From an uncultured Methanomicrobiales archaeon (GTDB lineage Archaea > Halobacteriota > Methanomicrobia > Methanomicrobiales > Methanospirillaceae): a stretch of DNA of 64,000 nucleotides. The notes beneath the pieces were generated by a model. It was not told where the DNA came from and did no database searches. It saw only the letters and a list, made by a program, of their open reading frames with translations. The stretch is taken from the NCBI GenBank assembly GCA_963697895.1, contig OY969100.1, positions 1,248,001 through 1,312,000 on the forward strand, in the 5' to 3' direction. The position numbers were made by a program, and so were the translations under genes. Positions 11,354 to 21,442 of the stretch are shown here, one piece after another (within the stretch, counting starts at the first letter, position 1; the number at the start of each line of letters is the position of its first letter).

Positions 11354-11680
11354 TTATCGTGGCGGTGTGTAGGGGATCCCGGATGCCTTCTTCATCGGCG
11401 CAACTCCCTTTTCGGGGGTGAGCAGCGGGGTGGTCAGATAGACTCTTTACCGTCCCTCCGGCAGAGACCGCTATCGCCAGGGCTGCAGCAGTGACATTGT
11501 CCGGCACAGTGGCCACGGCGGTAAAGTCGTACTTCCCGAAGGAGAACCACCCTCCCTGCAGTTTCCCCCCCATCTTTTCGAGGAGGACACACAGACCGCT
11601 TCTACACGGTTTTGCGGATTCTTCAGTAATGCAGCCGAACTTTCCGCGGTATAGGCTGCCTGTATCAGATAGTCTGGCAT
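11354..11680 (-). pseudogene. GYD-domain protein with two frameshifts
   Basis: Three frames join to give MPDYLIQAAYTAE...LLKNPQNRVEAV / EKMGGKLQGGWFSFGKYDF...PDNVTAAALAIAVSAGG / TTPLLTPEKGVAPMKKASG. Confidence 0.7.
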
Positions 11681-11870
11681 ACAGAAGTGAACGGTCATCC
11701 TGGATGTATTAAAATATCCCGGAGCATTGAACACCCACGGGAAATGGGTGCCGGGATCACTTCGTCAGGGTTTTCACCGGGAGCCTGAGCATTCGGCCGC
11801 GGTTTCACGGAGAAACCTGAGCAGTCGGTTATTCAGCTCATGCCGGATTCCCCATGAAACCCATATCCCC

Positions 11871-12467
11871 CTATTTCATCTGCTTCCAGACATACACGAA
11901 CCGCTGAATCGCGGTGAGATTCCCGAGGACCCCGAAGATGACGAGGAGCCAGCCGAGGTACGAGAGCCCGAAGACGCCCATGGGAAGGAGGATCGTGAAG
12001 ACCCCGGCAAGGAGGGTGAGCAGGAGGCGATCTGCCCTCCCGAGGACCCCGCCATAGAACCGGCCCACGCCTACGGCCTGGGCCTGGGTCCCGAGATAGG
12101 AGGACATGAGGACCCCGGTGAGTGCGAGCACGCCGATCGGCCACGGGGCATACCCGCCGGCAAAGATACCGGTGATGATGAAGATATCCGCGTACCGGTC
12201 GACCACGTGATCGAGGAAGTCCCCGCGGGGGCTCTCGATCTGCATCGCCCGGGCAAGAGCACCGTCCAGGGAATCGCAGACCGCGTTGAAGAGGACGAGG
12301 ATGGTCCCGACCGGGACGTTCTGGTAATAGAACGCGATCCCTGCACCGATGGCGCCGAAGAACGAGGCGATCGTGAGAATGTTCGGGGTGAGGCCGATCC
12401 GGATGCAGAGGTTGACGAACGGGGCGATGATCCCTCTCACCTGCGGCCGGAACTGGTCCAGCGTCAT
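11871..12467 (-). CDS. CDP-alcohol phosphatidyltransferase (archaetidylinositol-phosphate synthase-like)
   Basis: TPNILT, DSLDGALAR...GDFLDHVVDRYAD signature. Confidence 0.92.
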   Translation of the reverse strand: MTLDQFRPQVRGIIAPFVNLCIRIGLTPNILTIASFFGAIGAGIAFYYQNVPVGTILVLFNAVCDSLDGALARAMQIESPRGDFLDHVVDRYADIFIITGIFAGGYAPWPIGVLALTGVLMSSYLGTQAQAVGVGRFYGGVLGRADRLLLTLLAGVFTILLPMGVFGLSYLGWLLVIFGVLGNLTAIQRFVYVWKQMK

Positions 12468-12522
12468 GCGGGAGAGTTCCCCCTGCCATCCCTGTTTCGT
12501 GCCCTCTCTTCTCCTGCCTTCC

Positions 12523-13032
12523 TCATGCATCCCCCAGATAGGATGACCAGTCGTACGCCCCGTGTACCGGCGGGAGCGTTCCCCGGACAAATCGCATGAT
12601 CATGTCACAACCGTCACTAATACTCCTGTCGGTCGTATCCAGCTCGAAGATATGCCCGGGCGGGTGGCGTTCGAGCGTTTCGATCAGGATCACGTCCAAA
12701 GCCTCCGCCTCGACGTTCTCCCGGATCTTTCCTCTCGAATAGCCGCGGGCTTTCAGCCGCTGTTCCAGAACGTCCGGCCTGCACCTCAGGATGATAACCC
12801 GGTCGCAGGGGAGGAGATGCGCCAGGTGCCCCTCCACAAAACCGTCGAAGCGGGGGAACTCGGCCGCCCAGCGTTCTTCGTCGATAACGAGGGTATCCCG
12901 TTCCCTGTCCTCTTCGATCACGTACCGCCCGGTTGTTTCGGTGAGACGGAGGACCGGGATATCCCGTCGTATCAGTTCTTCCGCGATCGCGCTCTTCCCC
13001 GTTCCGGGAGTCCCGGTGATCCCGTACATCAT
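12523..13032 (-). CDS. Archaeal adenylate kinase (AK6/Fap7-like)
   Basis: ITGTPGTGKS, VEGHLAH, RLKARGY..KIRENVEAE motifs. Confidence 0.9.
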   Translation of the reverse strand: MMYGITGTPGTGKSAIAEELIRRDIPVLRLTETTGRYVIEEDRERDTLVIDEERWAAEFPRFDGFVEGHLAHLLPCDRVIILRCRPDVLEQRLKARGYSRGKIRENVEAEALDVILIETLERHPPGHIFELDTTDRSISDGCDMIMRFVRGTLPPVHGAYDWSSYLGDA

Positions 13033-13102
13033 GGCGAGTCAGTCTCTGTCCGCAACCCGGTTTACCCGCCCATGACTCGCATAAATCGCTTCATGGCTGC
13101 TG

Positions 13103-14176
13103 TTACCCGGATACTTGTGCATGGATATGATTGACCTCAGCTAAAAAGCGTTCGTTCTCCCATTCTTCCCCGATGCTCACCCGGATATAGTGATCCGCGA
13201 GTCCCTTGAAGCTGGTGCAGGACCGGACCAGCACCCCCCGTGCGGCCAGTTCTTCTGCCATTTCATTCCCGCTCCGGGGGGCAACGTCGACCATAACGAA
13301 ATTGGCATCGGACGGCGCCACCGGAAACCGGCACCCGGTCCGGTACCGTTCCCTCCACCGGCGGACATGTGCCACCGTCTCCTCCTGGTGGCGATCGTCC
13401 TCGAGCGCCCCCGCCGCCGCGGCCGCGGAGACGGAGTTCAGGGTAAATGGGGTGGCCGCCCGCAGGTAGAACGGTCGGAGCCACCCGGGGACGAACGCAT
13501 ACCCGATACGGAGCCCGGCGAGCGAGAAGATCTTCGACATCGTCCGCCCGATGATCAGGTTATCGTACCGCTTCAAAAGCGGCCGGTAGTCGATCCCCGA
13601 GAACTCCACGTACGCGTTGTCCAGGAAGAGAACCCCGTCGATTGCCTCCAGGATCTTCCCGATCACCGCCGGCGGGGTCGCGTTCCCGGTCGGGTTGTTC
13701 GGGGAACAGAGGAAGGAGCACTTCGCGATCGATGCCGCTTCGATGAACGCGTCCGCATCTACGCCAAACGTTCCGTCCCGTGGGACGCAGACCACTTCCG
13801 CGGATGCAGCGGTCGCTGCGAGCCCATAGAAGGAGAACGTCGGGGTGGCGATCACGACCCGGTCCCCGGGGTCCACGAGGGTCCGGACCACTGTCTCGAT
13901 CACCCCGTCCATCCCGACACCGGTGACGAACGGATACTCCCCGTGGTAGGCCCGCAGCCGGTCCACGAGTGACTGCATCAGCTCGTCGGGATACCGGTTC
14001 GCCCGTTGCAGCGCCTCGGTACCGCGCGCGATCGCCCAATCCGACGGGGGGAGCGGGTTCTCGTTGCTTGCCAGCCGGGCTATGCGCTCATGGCCATATT
14101 CGGCGGCGATCGCCTCGGCCTTCTTCGCAAATACATACCCTTCCTGCCGGAAACAGTCCCTAACCAAGTGCTCCAT
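13103..14176 (-). CDS. hisC: Histidinol-phosphate aminotransferase
   Basis: LASNENP, CSPNNPTG, DNAYVEF and RTMSKIFSLAGLRIGY motifs. Confidence 0.93.
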   Translation of the reverse strand: MEHLVRDCFRQEGYVFAKKAEAIAAEYGHERIARLASNENPLPPSDWAIARGTEALQRANRYPDELMQSLVDRLRAYHGEYPFVTGVGMDGVIETVVRTLVDPGDRVVIATPTFSFYGLAATAASAEVVCVPRDGTFGVDADAFIEAASIAKCSFLCSPNNPTGNATPPAVIGKILEAIDGVLFLDNAYVEFSGIDYRPLLKRYDNLIIGRTMSKIFSLAGLRIGYAFVPGWLRPFYLRAATPFTLNSVSAAAAAGALEDDRHQEETVAHVRRWRERYRTGCRFPVAPSDANFVMVDVAPRSGNEMAEELAARGVLVRSCTSFKGLADHYIRVSIGEEWENERFLAEVNHIHAQVSG

Positions 14177-15296
14177 GAAGGACCTCGATCACGGTATCGA
14201 TCTCGGAATCGGAGATGATGAGCGGGGGCACCAGCCGGATATTGCCGTCCGCGGCGCAGTTGACCAGGACCCCCTGCTCCGCACATCTCCGCTGTACATC
14301 TGCACACCGGTCCCCGACGGTGATGCCGATCATGAGGCCACGGACCCGGGGGTTGTACTCGGAGAGCCCGTTCCGGAACCGCTCTCCCTTCCGGGCAATC
14401 TCCGGCATGACCTCCTCGATCACCCGGATGGTGGCAAGTGCGGCTGCACACGCGAGGGGCCCGCCGGCGAATGTGCTGCCATGCTCGCTCTTTTTGAATT
14501 CAAGCCCTTCCCGGGCGGCGAGCGCGCCCATCGGGAACCCGCTCGCGATACCCTTCGCAAGGGTCACGATATCGGGTTTCACCCCGGTATGCCCGATGGC
14601 GAGCCAGGCCCCTGTCCGGCCCATGCCACTCTGGACCTCGTCGTCGATCATCAGCGCCCCCCGGTCGTCACAGCACTTCCGGATCCCCCGGATGAAGCCG
14701 TCGTCCGGGATGATGACGCCAGCCTCCCCCTGGATCGGTTCCACGAAGACCCCCGCGACCGTCTCGTCGACCGCCTGTTCCACCCCTTCCATGTCACCGT
14801 ACTCAACGAACCTGCACTCCGGTTCGAGTGGCAGGAACGGCTCCCGGATGGCCGGTTTGTGGGTGACCGCAAGGGATCCCATCGTCCTCCCGTGGAACCC
14901 GTGGGTGAAGGCGACGAACTTCTTCCTCCCCGTCGCGAGCCGGGCGAGTTTGATCGCCCCTTCATTCGCCTCCGCACCCGAGTTGGAGAAGAAGGCCTTG
15001 TGCATGCCGGTGATCTCCACCACCTTCTTTGCGAGCTCCGCCTGGTGGGGTACATAGTAGAGGTTTGAGCAATGGATCAGCTCCCCGGACTGTTCGCAGA
15101 TCGCCCTCACGACCTGCGGGTGGCAGTGGCCGGTACTGCAGACCGCAATACCGGCGACGCAGTCGATATACGTATTCCCCTCGGCATCCCACACCCGGGA
15201 CCCTTTCCCCCTGACGATCATCATCTCCCGCGTGAACGCAGGCATATAATACCGGGCATCCAGTTCGCGATACGAACCATCACTCTTCATCATCAT
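14160..15296 (-). CDS. argD: Acetylornithine aminotransferase (class III)
   Basis: NSGAEANE, FHGRT, EPIQGEAG, DEVQSG and TLAKG motifs. Confidence 0.92.
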   Translation of the reverse strand: MMMKSDGSYRELDARYYMPAFTREMMIVRGKGSRVWDAEGNTYIDCVAGIAVCSTGHCHPQVVRAICEQSGELIHCSNLYYVPHQAELAKKVVEITGMHKAFFSNSGAEANEGAIKLARLATGRKKFVAFTHGFHGRTMGSLAVTHKPAIREPFLPLEPECRFVEYGDMEGVEQAVDETVAGVFVEPIQGEAGVIIPDDGFIRGIRKCCDDRGALMIDDEVQSGMGRTGAWLAIGHTGVKPDIVTLAKGIASGFPMGALAAREGLEFKKSEHGSTFAGGPLACAAALATIRVIEEVMPEIARKGERFRNGLSEYNPRVRGLMIGITVGDRCADVQRRCAEQGVLVNCAADGNIRLVPPLIISDSEIDTVIEVLHGALG

Positions 15297-15317
15297 TCAC
15301 TCCAGTTCAAACGCTGT

Positions 15318-16259
15318 TTACTCATATTCGATCGTCGCCGGCGGTTTCGAGGTGATATCATAGACCACCCGGGTGACGCTCGGGATCTCCGCGGTAATGC
15401 GGGAGGAAACAAGGTCCAGCACCTCATAAGGTAGCCGGATCGGATCCGCGGTCATCCCGTCCCGCGAATTCACCGCCCGGACGGCGACCACCCAGCCGTG
15501 AACCCGGTTATCTCCCTTTACTCCTGTCGCAAGACCGAGGAGCGCTGCAAAGCACTGCCAGGGACCAAACCGCTCGACGATCTCCTCCTCGACGATCCCG
15601 TTCGCCTCACGGACGACCGCGATCTTCTCGGGGGTGACCTCCCCGATCACCCGGACCGCGAGCCCCGGTCCCGGGAACGGCATCCGGTGCTGGATCTCCG
15701 GGGGGAGACCCAGGGCACCGGCCACGACCCGAACCTCGTCCTTGTACAGGTCACGGAGTGGTTCTATCACCTTTCGGAAGGCGATATCGACCGGCATGCC
15801 CCCCACGTTGTGGTGGCTCTTGATCCCCCCTTCACTCTCGATCCGGTCCGGGTAGATCGTTCCCTGCAGGAGGCAGGTTGCTCCCGTCCGCTTCGCCTCC
15901 CGTTCGAAGACACGGATGAACCGTTCTCCGATCACCTTCCGCTTCGCCTCCGGGTCGGTTATCCCCTTAAGAGCGGAGAAGAACTCATCGCCGGCCTGGA
16001 TAATATGCAGGTCCAGATCCCCGAAGATCTCAGAGATCCGGGCCGTCTCTCCCTTTCGCATCAGCCCGGTGTCGACGTAGATCGCCACCAGTCGGTCGCC
16101 GACCGCACGGCGTGCGAGGGCCGCACAGACCGAGCTGTCTACACCCCCGGAGAGGGCTATGACCACCCGGTCGCTGCCGACTTCGCCCCGGATCTCCTCT
16201 TCCGAAGACCGGATAAACCGCTCGGCATCGACCATCGATTCACCTCGTTCCGCCGGCAT
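15318..16259 (-). CDS. guaA: GMP synthase subunit B (ATP pyrophosphatase)
   Basis: [30 protein letters not shown] and KPPATIEYE. No glutaminase domain (split archaeal type). Confidence 0.95.
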   Translation of the reverse strand: MPAERGESMVDAERFIRSSEEEIRGEVGSDRVVIALSGGVDSSVCAALARRAVGDRLVAIYVDTGLMRKGETARISEIFGDLDLHIIQAGDEFFSALKGITDPEAKRKVIGERFIRVFEREAKRTGATCLLQGTIYPDRIESEGGIKSHHNVGGMPVDIAFRKVIEPLRDLYKDEVRVVAGALGLPPEIQHRMPFPGPGLAVRVIGEVTPEKIAVVREANGIVEEEIVERFGPWQCFAALLGLATGVKGDNRVHGWVVAVRAVNSRDGMTADPIRLPYEVLDLVSSRITAEIPSVTRVVYDITSKPPATIEYE

Positions 16260-17826
16260 TATGTTCCCTGCAGGCCTTCACAAACCCGATAAACGGTGGG
16301 GACGGGCGTGCCGGCCGCGAACGGAACTCCGGGTGGAACTGAGTGGCGAGGAAGAACGGGTGCTCCGGGATCTCACAGATCTCCATCCGGTTCTCGCAGG
16401 TGCCTGAAAAGACGAGCCCGGCTCCTTCCAGGTCCGGAACATATGCGGGATCCACCTCGTACCGGTGCCGGTGACGCTCCACAATCTCCCGCGACCCATA
16501 GAGCTCCATCGCACGCGTATTCTCCTTAAGCACAATCCGGTAATCCCCGAGGCGCATCGTACCCCCGAGATCGGTCACCCCCTCCTGTTCGGGAAGGATC
16601 GCGATCACCTGTTTTCCTTCCCCGAGTTCGCCGCTCGTCGCATTCTCCCAGGAAAGGACGTTCCGGGCATACTCCACCACCGCCATCTGGAAACCGAGAC
16701 AAAGCCCCAGCAGGGGTATCTTCGATATCCGGGCTACTTCGATCGCCCGGATCTTTCCCTCTATTCCCCGCTTCCCGAACCCCCCGGGGATCAGGATGCC
16801 GTCATATTCGAGGATCTGCTTATCTTCGAAGCGTTCCGCATCGAGCCAGGTTATCTTCGGCTCGACCGCGAGCGCCCGCCCTGCATGCTTGAGTGCCTCC
16901 TTGATACTCAGGTAAACGTCTTCAATCCCGTATTTGCTCACGATCGCGACATTGATCCGGCTCGTATACGCACGGCTGACAAGGCGGTACCACTCGGTAT
17001 CCGCCTCGCGTTTATCCAGTTTCAGGTGATTCGAGAGGACGTCCGCGATCCCGTCCTTCTCCATCTCGATCGGGACCTGGTAGGTATCCGGCACCGTCGC
17101 CGCGCTGATCACCCCGCGTTCGGGGAGGTCGCAGAACGCGGAGATCTTCCGCTTGGTCCCGGAGCTGATCGGCCGGTCGCTCCTCCCGACGATGATGTCC
17201 GCGTGGAGACCCAGTTCGCGGAGTGCCTTGACCGAGTGCTGGGTGGGTTTTGTTTTCAGGTCTCCCATCGTGTCCGAGGGTATAAGGGTGACATGGATGA
17301 GGACCGTATCTTCGTACGGGAGTTCGCCCCGCATCTGCCGGACCGCCTCGAGGAAGGGCATGCTCTCGATATCGCCGACGGTTCCTCCTATTTCGACCAG
17401 ACAAACGTCGGCGGTTCCGCCCCCACGGAGCTCTTCCTCCGCTGCAGAACCGATGCATGACTTGATCTGGTCGGTGATATGCGGGATGATCTGGACCGTC
17501 TCTCCGAGAAAATCCCCCCTCCGCTCCATCTCGATAACGGTCCGGTACACCTTTCCGGTCGTGATGTTATGCGGTGCGGTGAGTTCGATATCTAAAAAAC
17601 GTTCGTAATTCCCGAGATCCAGGTCGACTTCGCTCCCGTCCGAGAGGACGAAGACCTCCCCGTGCTGTGCAGGATTCATCGTTCCTGCATCGATATTGAG
17701 ATACGGGTCGATCTTTACCGCCGTCACCCGGTACCCGCGGTTCTTCAGGATGCGACCGACCGATGCCGCCGTGATCCCTTTTCCGAGCCCGCTCATCACC
17801 CCTCCGGTGATAAAAATATATTTCAC
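16240..17826 (-). CDS. pyrG: CTP synthase
   Basis: [42 protein letters not shown] and QFHPEF motifs. Confidence 0.97.
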   Translation of the reverse strand: MKYIFITGGVMSGLGKGITAASVGRILKNRGYRVTAVKIDPYLNIDAGTMNPAQHGEVFVLSDGSEVDLDLGNYERFLDIELTAPHNITTGKVYRTVIEMERRGDFLGETVQIIPHITDQIKSCIGSAAEEELRGGGTADVCLVEIGGTVGDIESMPFLEAVRQMRGELPYEDTVLIHVTLIPSDTMGDLKTKPTQHSVKALRELGLHADIIVGRSDRPISSGTKRKISAFCDLPERGVISAATVPDTYQVPIEMEKDGIADVLSNHLKLDKREADTEWYRLVSRAYTSRINVAIVSKYGIEDVYLSIKEALKHAGRALAVEPKITWLDAERFEDKQILEYDGILIPGGFGKRGIEGKIRAIEVARISKIPLLGLCLGFQMAVVEYARNVLSWENATSGELGEGKQVIAILPEQEGVTDLGGTMRLGDYRIVLKENTRAMELYGSREIVERHRHRYEVDPAYVPDLEGAGLVFSGTCENRMEICEIPEHPFFLATQFHPEFRSRPARPSPPFIGFVKACREHNAGGTR

Positions 17827-17996
17827 TTCCGCACATCCCCTCGTCTGTTCTCCAAGTCACTAAGCGTGGGTCACCCGGACAGATAGTTTTATTCTCCCTG
17901 TCCAGCCCGGGGGATTTTCCTGGATTTGAGCAGTCGGAACGACCGGTCAGGAACCGATGAACTTGGGCATCCGTTACCAGAAAATAACAGAATTAT

Positions 17997-18416
17997 TTAT
18001 GCTTTGGTGAGCGCAAATGCGGCGGTCGTCCGGGACATCACCTGCCCTCCGACCCGTGGATCACGCACCTCCGCCTCGGCAAACGCCACCCGGCGGCCCT
18101 TTTTCACTACCTTTCCCCAGGCGACGATAAACCCGTCCCGGGCGCCCCGCATGAAACTTGTTGTCTCCGATATGGTCGCCATCGTCTCACCCTCGGTGAG
18201 AAGGGAGTATATGGCGAGGACCATCGCCTCGTCCGCGAGCGCCGTGAACATTCCTCCCTGGAGCCATCCCTCCCCGTTAAGCATGTCCGGCCGGATCTCC
18301 ATCCGGAGAGCGGCCTTCCCGTCCATAATCTCCATGACATCAATGCCCATCAGGCAGAAAAACGGGTTTGCCTCCCGGCCGCATTCCTTGATCTGCTCGA
18401 AATAGCTCATCGTCAT
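17997..18416 (-). CDS. PaaI-family hotdog-fold thioesterase
   Basis: LNGEGWLQGG....LADEAM and VVKKGRRVAFAEAEV motifs. Confidence 0.88.
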   Translation of the reverse strand: MTMSYFEQIKECGREANPFFCLMGIDVMEIMDGKAALRMEIRPDMLNGEGWLQGGMFTALADEAMVLAIYSLLTEGETMATISETTSFMRGARDGFIVAWGKVVKKGRRVAFAEAEVRDPRVGGQVMSRTTAAFALTKA

Positions 18417-18512
18417 CCGGGAGTGATACGGGCTGTTTATGCATAACGGTTCCCCTGGTCAACCCTGCCCGCCGCGATCCTTATTTAGCCGGTGCCGGAA
18501 TAATCTATCTGT

Positions 18513-18743
18513 ATGGAGCCCCTGGACACCAAAGAGATGCTCGCCGACCTCCTCTGGCTCAATGCGGTGATTGCCACCGAATTGATCCAGGTCACCGAGA
18601 ATACCTCCGCAATCCTCCGGAAGAGCCCGCCCCCCGCGGCGTGTATTGCCGAGCATGCCGAACTCAGGGCGACCGTGCTCGCAATCGCTGAGAAATACCG
18701 GCCCGGTACAATGCTCAGGCAGCATATCATAGGGCATGAGTAG
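18513..18743 (+). CDS. Small hypothetical protein (76 aa)
   Basis: ATG start, host-like codon usage, helical amphipathic sequence. No motif recognised. Confidence 0.65.
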   Translation: MEPLDTKEMLADLLWLNAVIATELIQVTENTSAILRKSPPPAACIAEHAELRATVLAIAEKYRPGTMLRQHIIGHE

Positions 18744-18941
18744 AATTATCCCGTGGTGCGACGCAATCCTAACCGGAGAAAAACCTGGGAAATGTCCCTG
18801 TCCTTTCCCGTTCTTCCCAGAACGGATACAGGGAAATGGCATAGTATATTCTGCAGACACCGATGACCGAACTGTTGCGACCGGTAGAGGCCGGATATCC
18901 ATGAAAAGGAGACGTAAGGTCAGGAAAGAGGGGGAAGACCC

Positions 18942-19637
18942 ATAACCCCCGCCTTCTCCCTCATCATACCGGCGTACAACGAGGAGAGACGGATCCCCAC
19001 CCTGCTCGATTCGATCACCGACACGAGAGGGGAGTACATCTTCGTCTGCGACGGGACCGACGGGACCGCAGACCTCGTCGACCGGTTCAGGGAAACGCAT
19101 CCCGGGATACCGATCCGTTGCCTTCGATTCGATCAGAGGCTCGGAAAGGGAGGCGGCGTGCGTGAAGGTCTCGTCGTCGCTTCCGCCCCCCTCGTGGGGT
19201 TTATGGATGCGGACTGTTCGGCCTCGATCAAAGCGATGATGAATCTTTTTGATGCAATCGGTACGGCAGACGGGGCAATCGGGTCCCGGTGGGTCGAGGG
19301 TGCCGTGCTCGTTGAACCGCAGGGGCTTGCCCGGAGGGTGCAGAGCAGGGGGTTCAACCTGCTGATCCGGCTCCTTTTTTCCCTCCCGTACCGAGACACC
19401 CAGTGCGGGGCCAAAGTATTCCGGAAATCCGCGGTGGATGCGGTTCTTCCGGAGATGCAAGCGACCGGTTTTGAATTTGATGTCGAACTCCTCTGGCGCC
19501 TGAACCGGGCCGGTTTTATTATCCGGGAGGTTCCCATCGTCTGGGAGAACAGGCAGGGATCCAGGGTGCGGAGTTCGGATATGATCCAGATGCTGGCGGG
19601 GCTGCTCCGTATCAGGTTTGGCCAGGTGAGAAGATGA
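18942..19637 (+). CDS. GT2 glycosyltransferase (dolichyl-phosphate sugar synthase-like)
   Basis: The frame of ORF 19158..19637 extends upstream to FSLIIPAYNEERRI...VCDGTDGT...GKGGGV...FMDAD...GSR...DTQCGAK...FEFDVELL. The apparent start is ATA 18942. Confidence 0.88.
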   Translation: MTPAFSLIIPAYNEERRIPTLLDSITDTRGEYIFVCDGTDGTADLVDRFRETHPGIPIRCLRFDQRLGKGGGVREGLVVASAPLVGFMDADCSASIKAMMNLFDAIGTADGAIGSRWVEGAVLVEPQGLARRVQSRGFNLLIRLLFSLPYRDTQCGAKVFRKSAVDAVLPEMQATGFEFDVELLWRLNRAGFIIREVPIVWENRQGSRVRSSDMIQMLAGLLRIRFGQVRR

Positions 19638-21442
19638 GTCCGGTTGCCGAAGATCTGAAAAAGGAGGCGTTCGATCTCTTTGAGCAGGGGATGTATGCGG
19701 ATGCATATGCGATCTGTACAACCCTGCTTGAGGGGGAAAAAGATCCCTCGATTGCCGTGCTCCGGGCGACCATCCTTCTCTCCATGGGTCATCTCGACGA
19801 GGCGGAGGCTCATTTCCGGGACCTGGCCGAAAAGATGCCGGATTCGTCCTATGTTCACAGTTACCTCGGAGCTGTTCTCGACCAGAAAGGGGATGAGGGT
19901 GCCGTTGCCGAATACGCGATGGCAGTCCTCCTCGATCCGACCAATGCGGATGCTCTGCGAAGGTACAGCCGGTATCTGATGGCTTCCGGGGACTATGCCG
20001 CGGCGCTCGCGCCGCTCCGGCAGCTGGTGGCACTCCAGGGGAAGGAAGAGGAACTCCTGCACCTGATGCGGGCACTGACAGAGACCGGAAGGGCGGATGA
20101 GGCGATATACCTGCATGACACCCGTTTCGGCGAACGGGGGTTCGGGATCGAGTACCTTGATGCGCTCGCAGCCTGCGGCAGGCATCAGAAGGCATCCGAG
20201 ATCGCGTTGCGCGCATACCAGGCGACAGAGGCCCCCGTATTTCTCCGCCGGCATCTCGCGTCCCGTGCCCGGTTCGACCCTGCCGGGGCACGGGCAGAGT
20301 ATGAAGCAGCACTCGTAACGAACCAGGATCCGGATATCGCCATGGACTATTGTCACTTCCTGCAGGGAAGGGCAGAATTTGAGGAGGCGCTCGCGCTTGC
20401 CCGTTCGATCATCATCAGTTCCGGCGCGGGAGAGGCCCGGCTCACACAGTGCGAGCTCCTCTCGGCGCTTTCCCGGAAAGACGAAGCCCTCGGATGCTAC
20501 GAGCAGCTGATAACCGCAGAGCTGAAGTCCATGGACGACCTCGATACACTGGCCAGGGTCATCCCGCGGTACCGTGAATTCCTGCAGATGTATTACCCGA
20601 TGAAGGAGATGGTTCCCCGGTTCGTTTCCCTCGTCTCATCGCACGCGAACGTGGTCTGCCTTCTCGCGACCGCCCGGTTTTACGAAGACCTCGGCGACCC
20701 GCTCGAGGCCCGTTCATGGTATTACCGCGCATACCGGAGTGATTTTCTCCCCGGAGGAGTTGCATATGCAGAGTTTCTCTCCCGCCATGACGACCTCCGG
20801 GAATGTGAAAAGGTCATGATCTATGTCCTGAACAATATCCGTAAGACCACCGATCTCCTCCGGGTTGCCCGGGTGATGGTGGAAGACCAGAAGATGCGGT
20901 ACCAGCTGAAACGGTTTCTCGGAAAGCTCCTCGAAAAGCTTCAGGAGCGTATCCCTACCCTCGGCTCGCAGGGCCTCGAACTCCTTGCCGTCGCGTTTCT
21001 CCTCGCGGGCACAGATGCGATCGAGCGAAAAGACTACGTCCGGGGAAAGGAGTACTGCCTCCGGGGGCTCGATGTTCTCCCTCCTTCGTCATGTTATGTG
21101 CGGCCGAAGGATTTCCTCGGGCTGATCGAGACCTGCAAGGACCATTCCCTTGCCGACCGGCCGATTCTTGCCGGGACGGGGACGGGCGGAACGGCGGTAA
21201 CCGCACCTTCCCCGCCGATCACCCTCCTCCTGGACCTGGATGAACGGGAACGGACGATCCTCGCGTTCCTCCAGTTGCACCGGAGGGCAAGCGAGATGGA
21301 GCTCCGGAAGATCACCGGATCGCGGCGGGTGGTCGGCTTGGTGAACCGGCTGGTGCAGAAAGCCTCGGTGAAAGGTCTGAAGATAATCGAGAAGAAAGGA
21401 TGGGGAGAGGATGGTGAGATCTATGAATACAGCGGGCCCTGA
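19634..21442 (+). CDS. Tetratricopeptide-repeat protein with a C-terminal winged-helix-like domain
   Basis: TPR patterns (LDEAEAHFRDLAEKMPDSSYVHSYLG; AVAEYAMAVLLDPTNADAL), a G/T/P linker, then LDERERTILAFL...ASEMELRKITGSRRVVGLVNRL. Confidence 0.82.
   Translation: MSPVAEDLKKEAFDLFEQGMYADAYAICTTLLEGEKDPSIAVLRATILLSMGHLDEAEAHFRDLAEKMPDSSYVHSYLGAVLDQKGDEGAVAEYAMAVLLDPTNADALRRYSRYLMASGDYAAALAPLRQLVALQGKEEELLHLMRALTETGRADEAIYLHDTRFGERGFGIEYLDALAACGRHQKASEIALRAYQATEAPVFLRRHLASRARFDPAGARAEYEAALVTNQDPDIAMDYCHFLQGRAEFEEALALARSIIISSGAGEARLTQCELLSALSRKDEALGCYEQLITAELKSMDDLDTLARVIPRYREFLQMYYPMKEMVPRFVSLVSSHANVVCLLATARFYEDLGDPLEARSWYYRAYRSDFLPGGVAYAEFLSRHDDLRECEKVMIYVLNNIRKTTDLLRVARVMVEDQKMRYQLKRFLGKLLEKLQERIPTLGSQGLELLAVAFLLAGTDAIERKDYVRGKEYCLRGLDVLPPSSCYVRPKDFLGLIETCKDHSLADRPILAGTGTGGTAVTAPSPPITLLLDLDERERTILAFLQLHRRASEMELRKITGSRRVVGLVNRLVQKASVKGLKIIEKKGWGEDGEIYEYSGP

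Noticed and set aside
18459-20312. 617-aa minus-strand ORF and similar long overlapping ORFs (19133..20356, 14064..15068, 16465..17460, 27389..28567, 39331..40302)
   Set aside because: Shadow frames of well-supported genes in GC-rich DNA, Arg/Pro/Gly-rich and without motifs.
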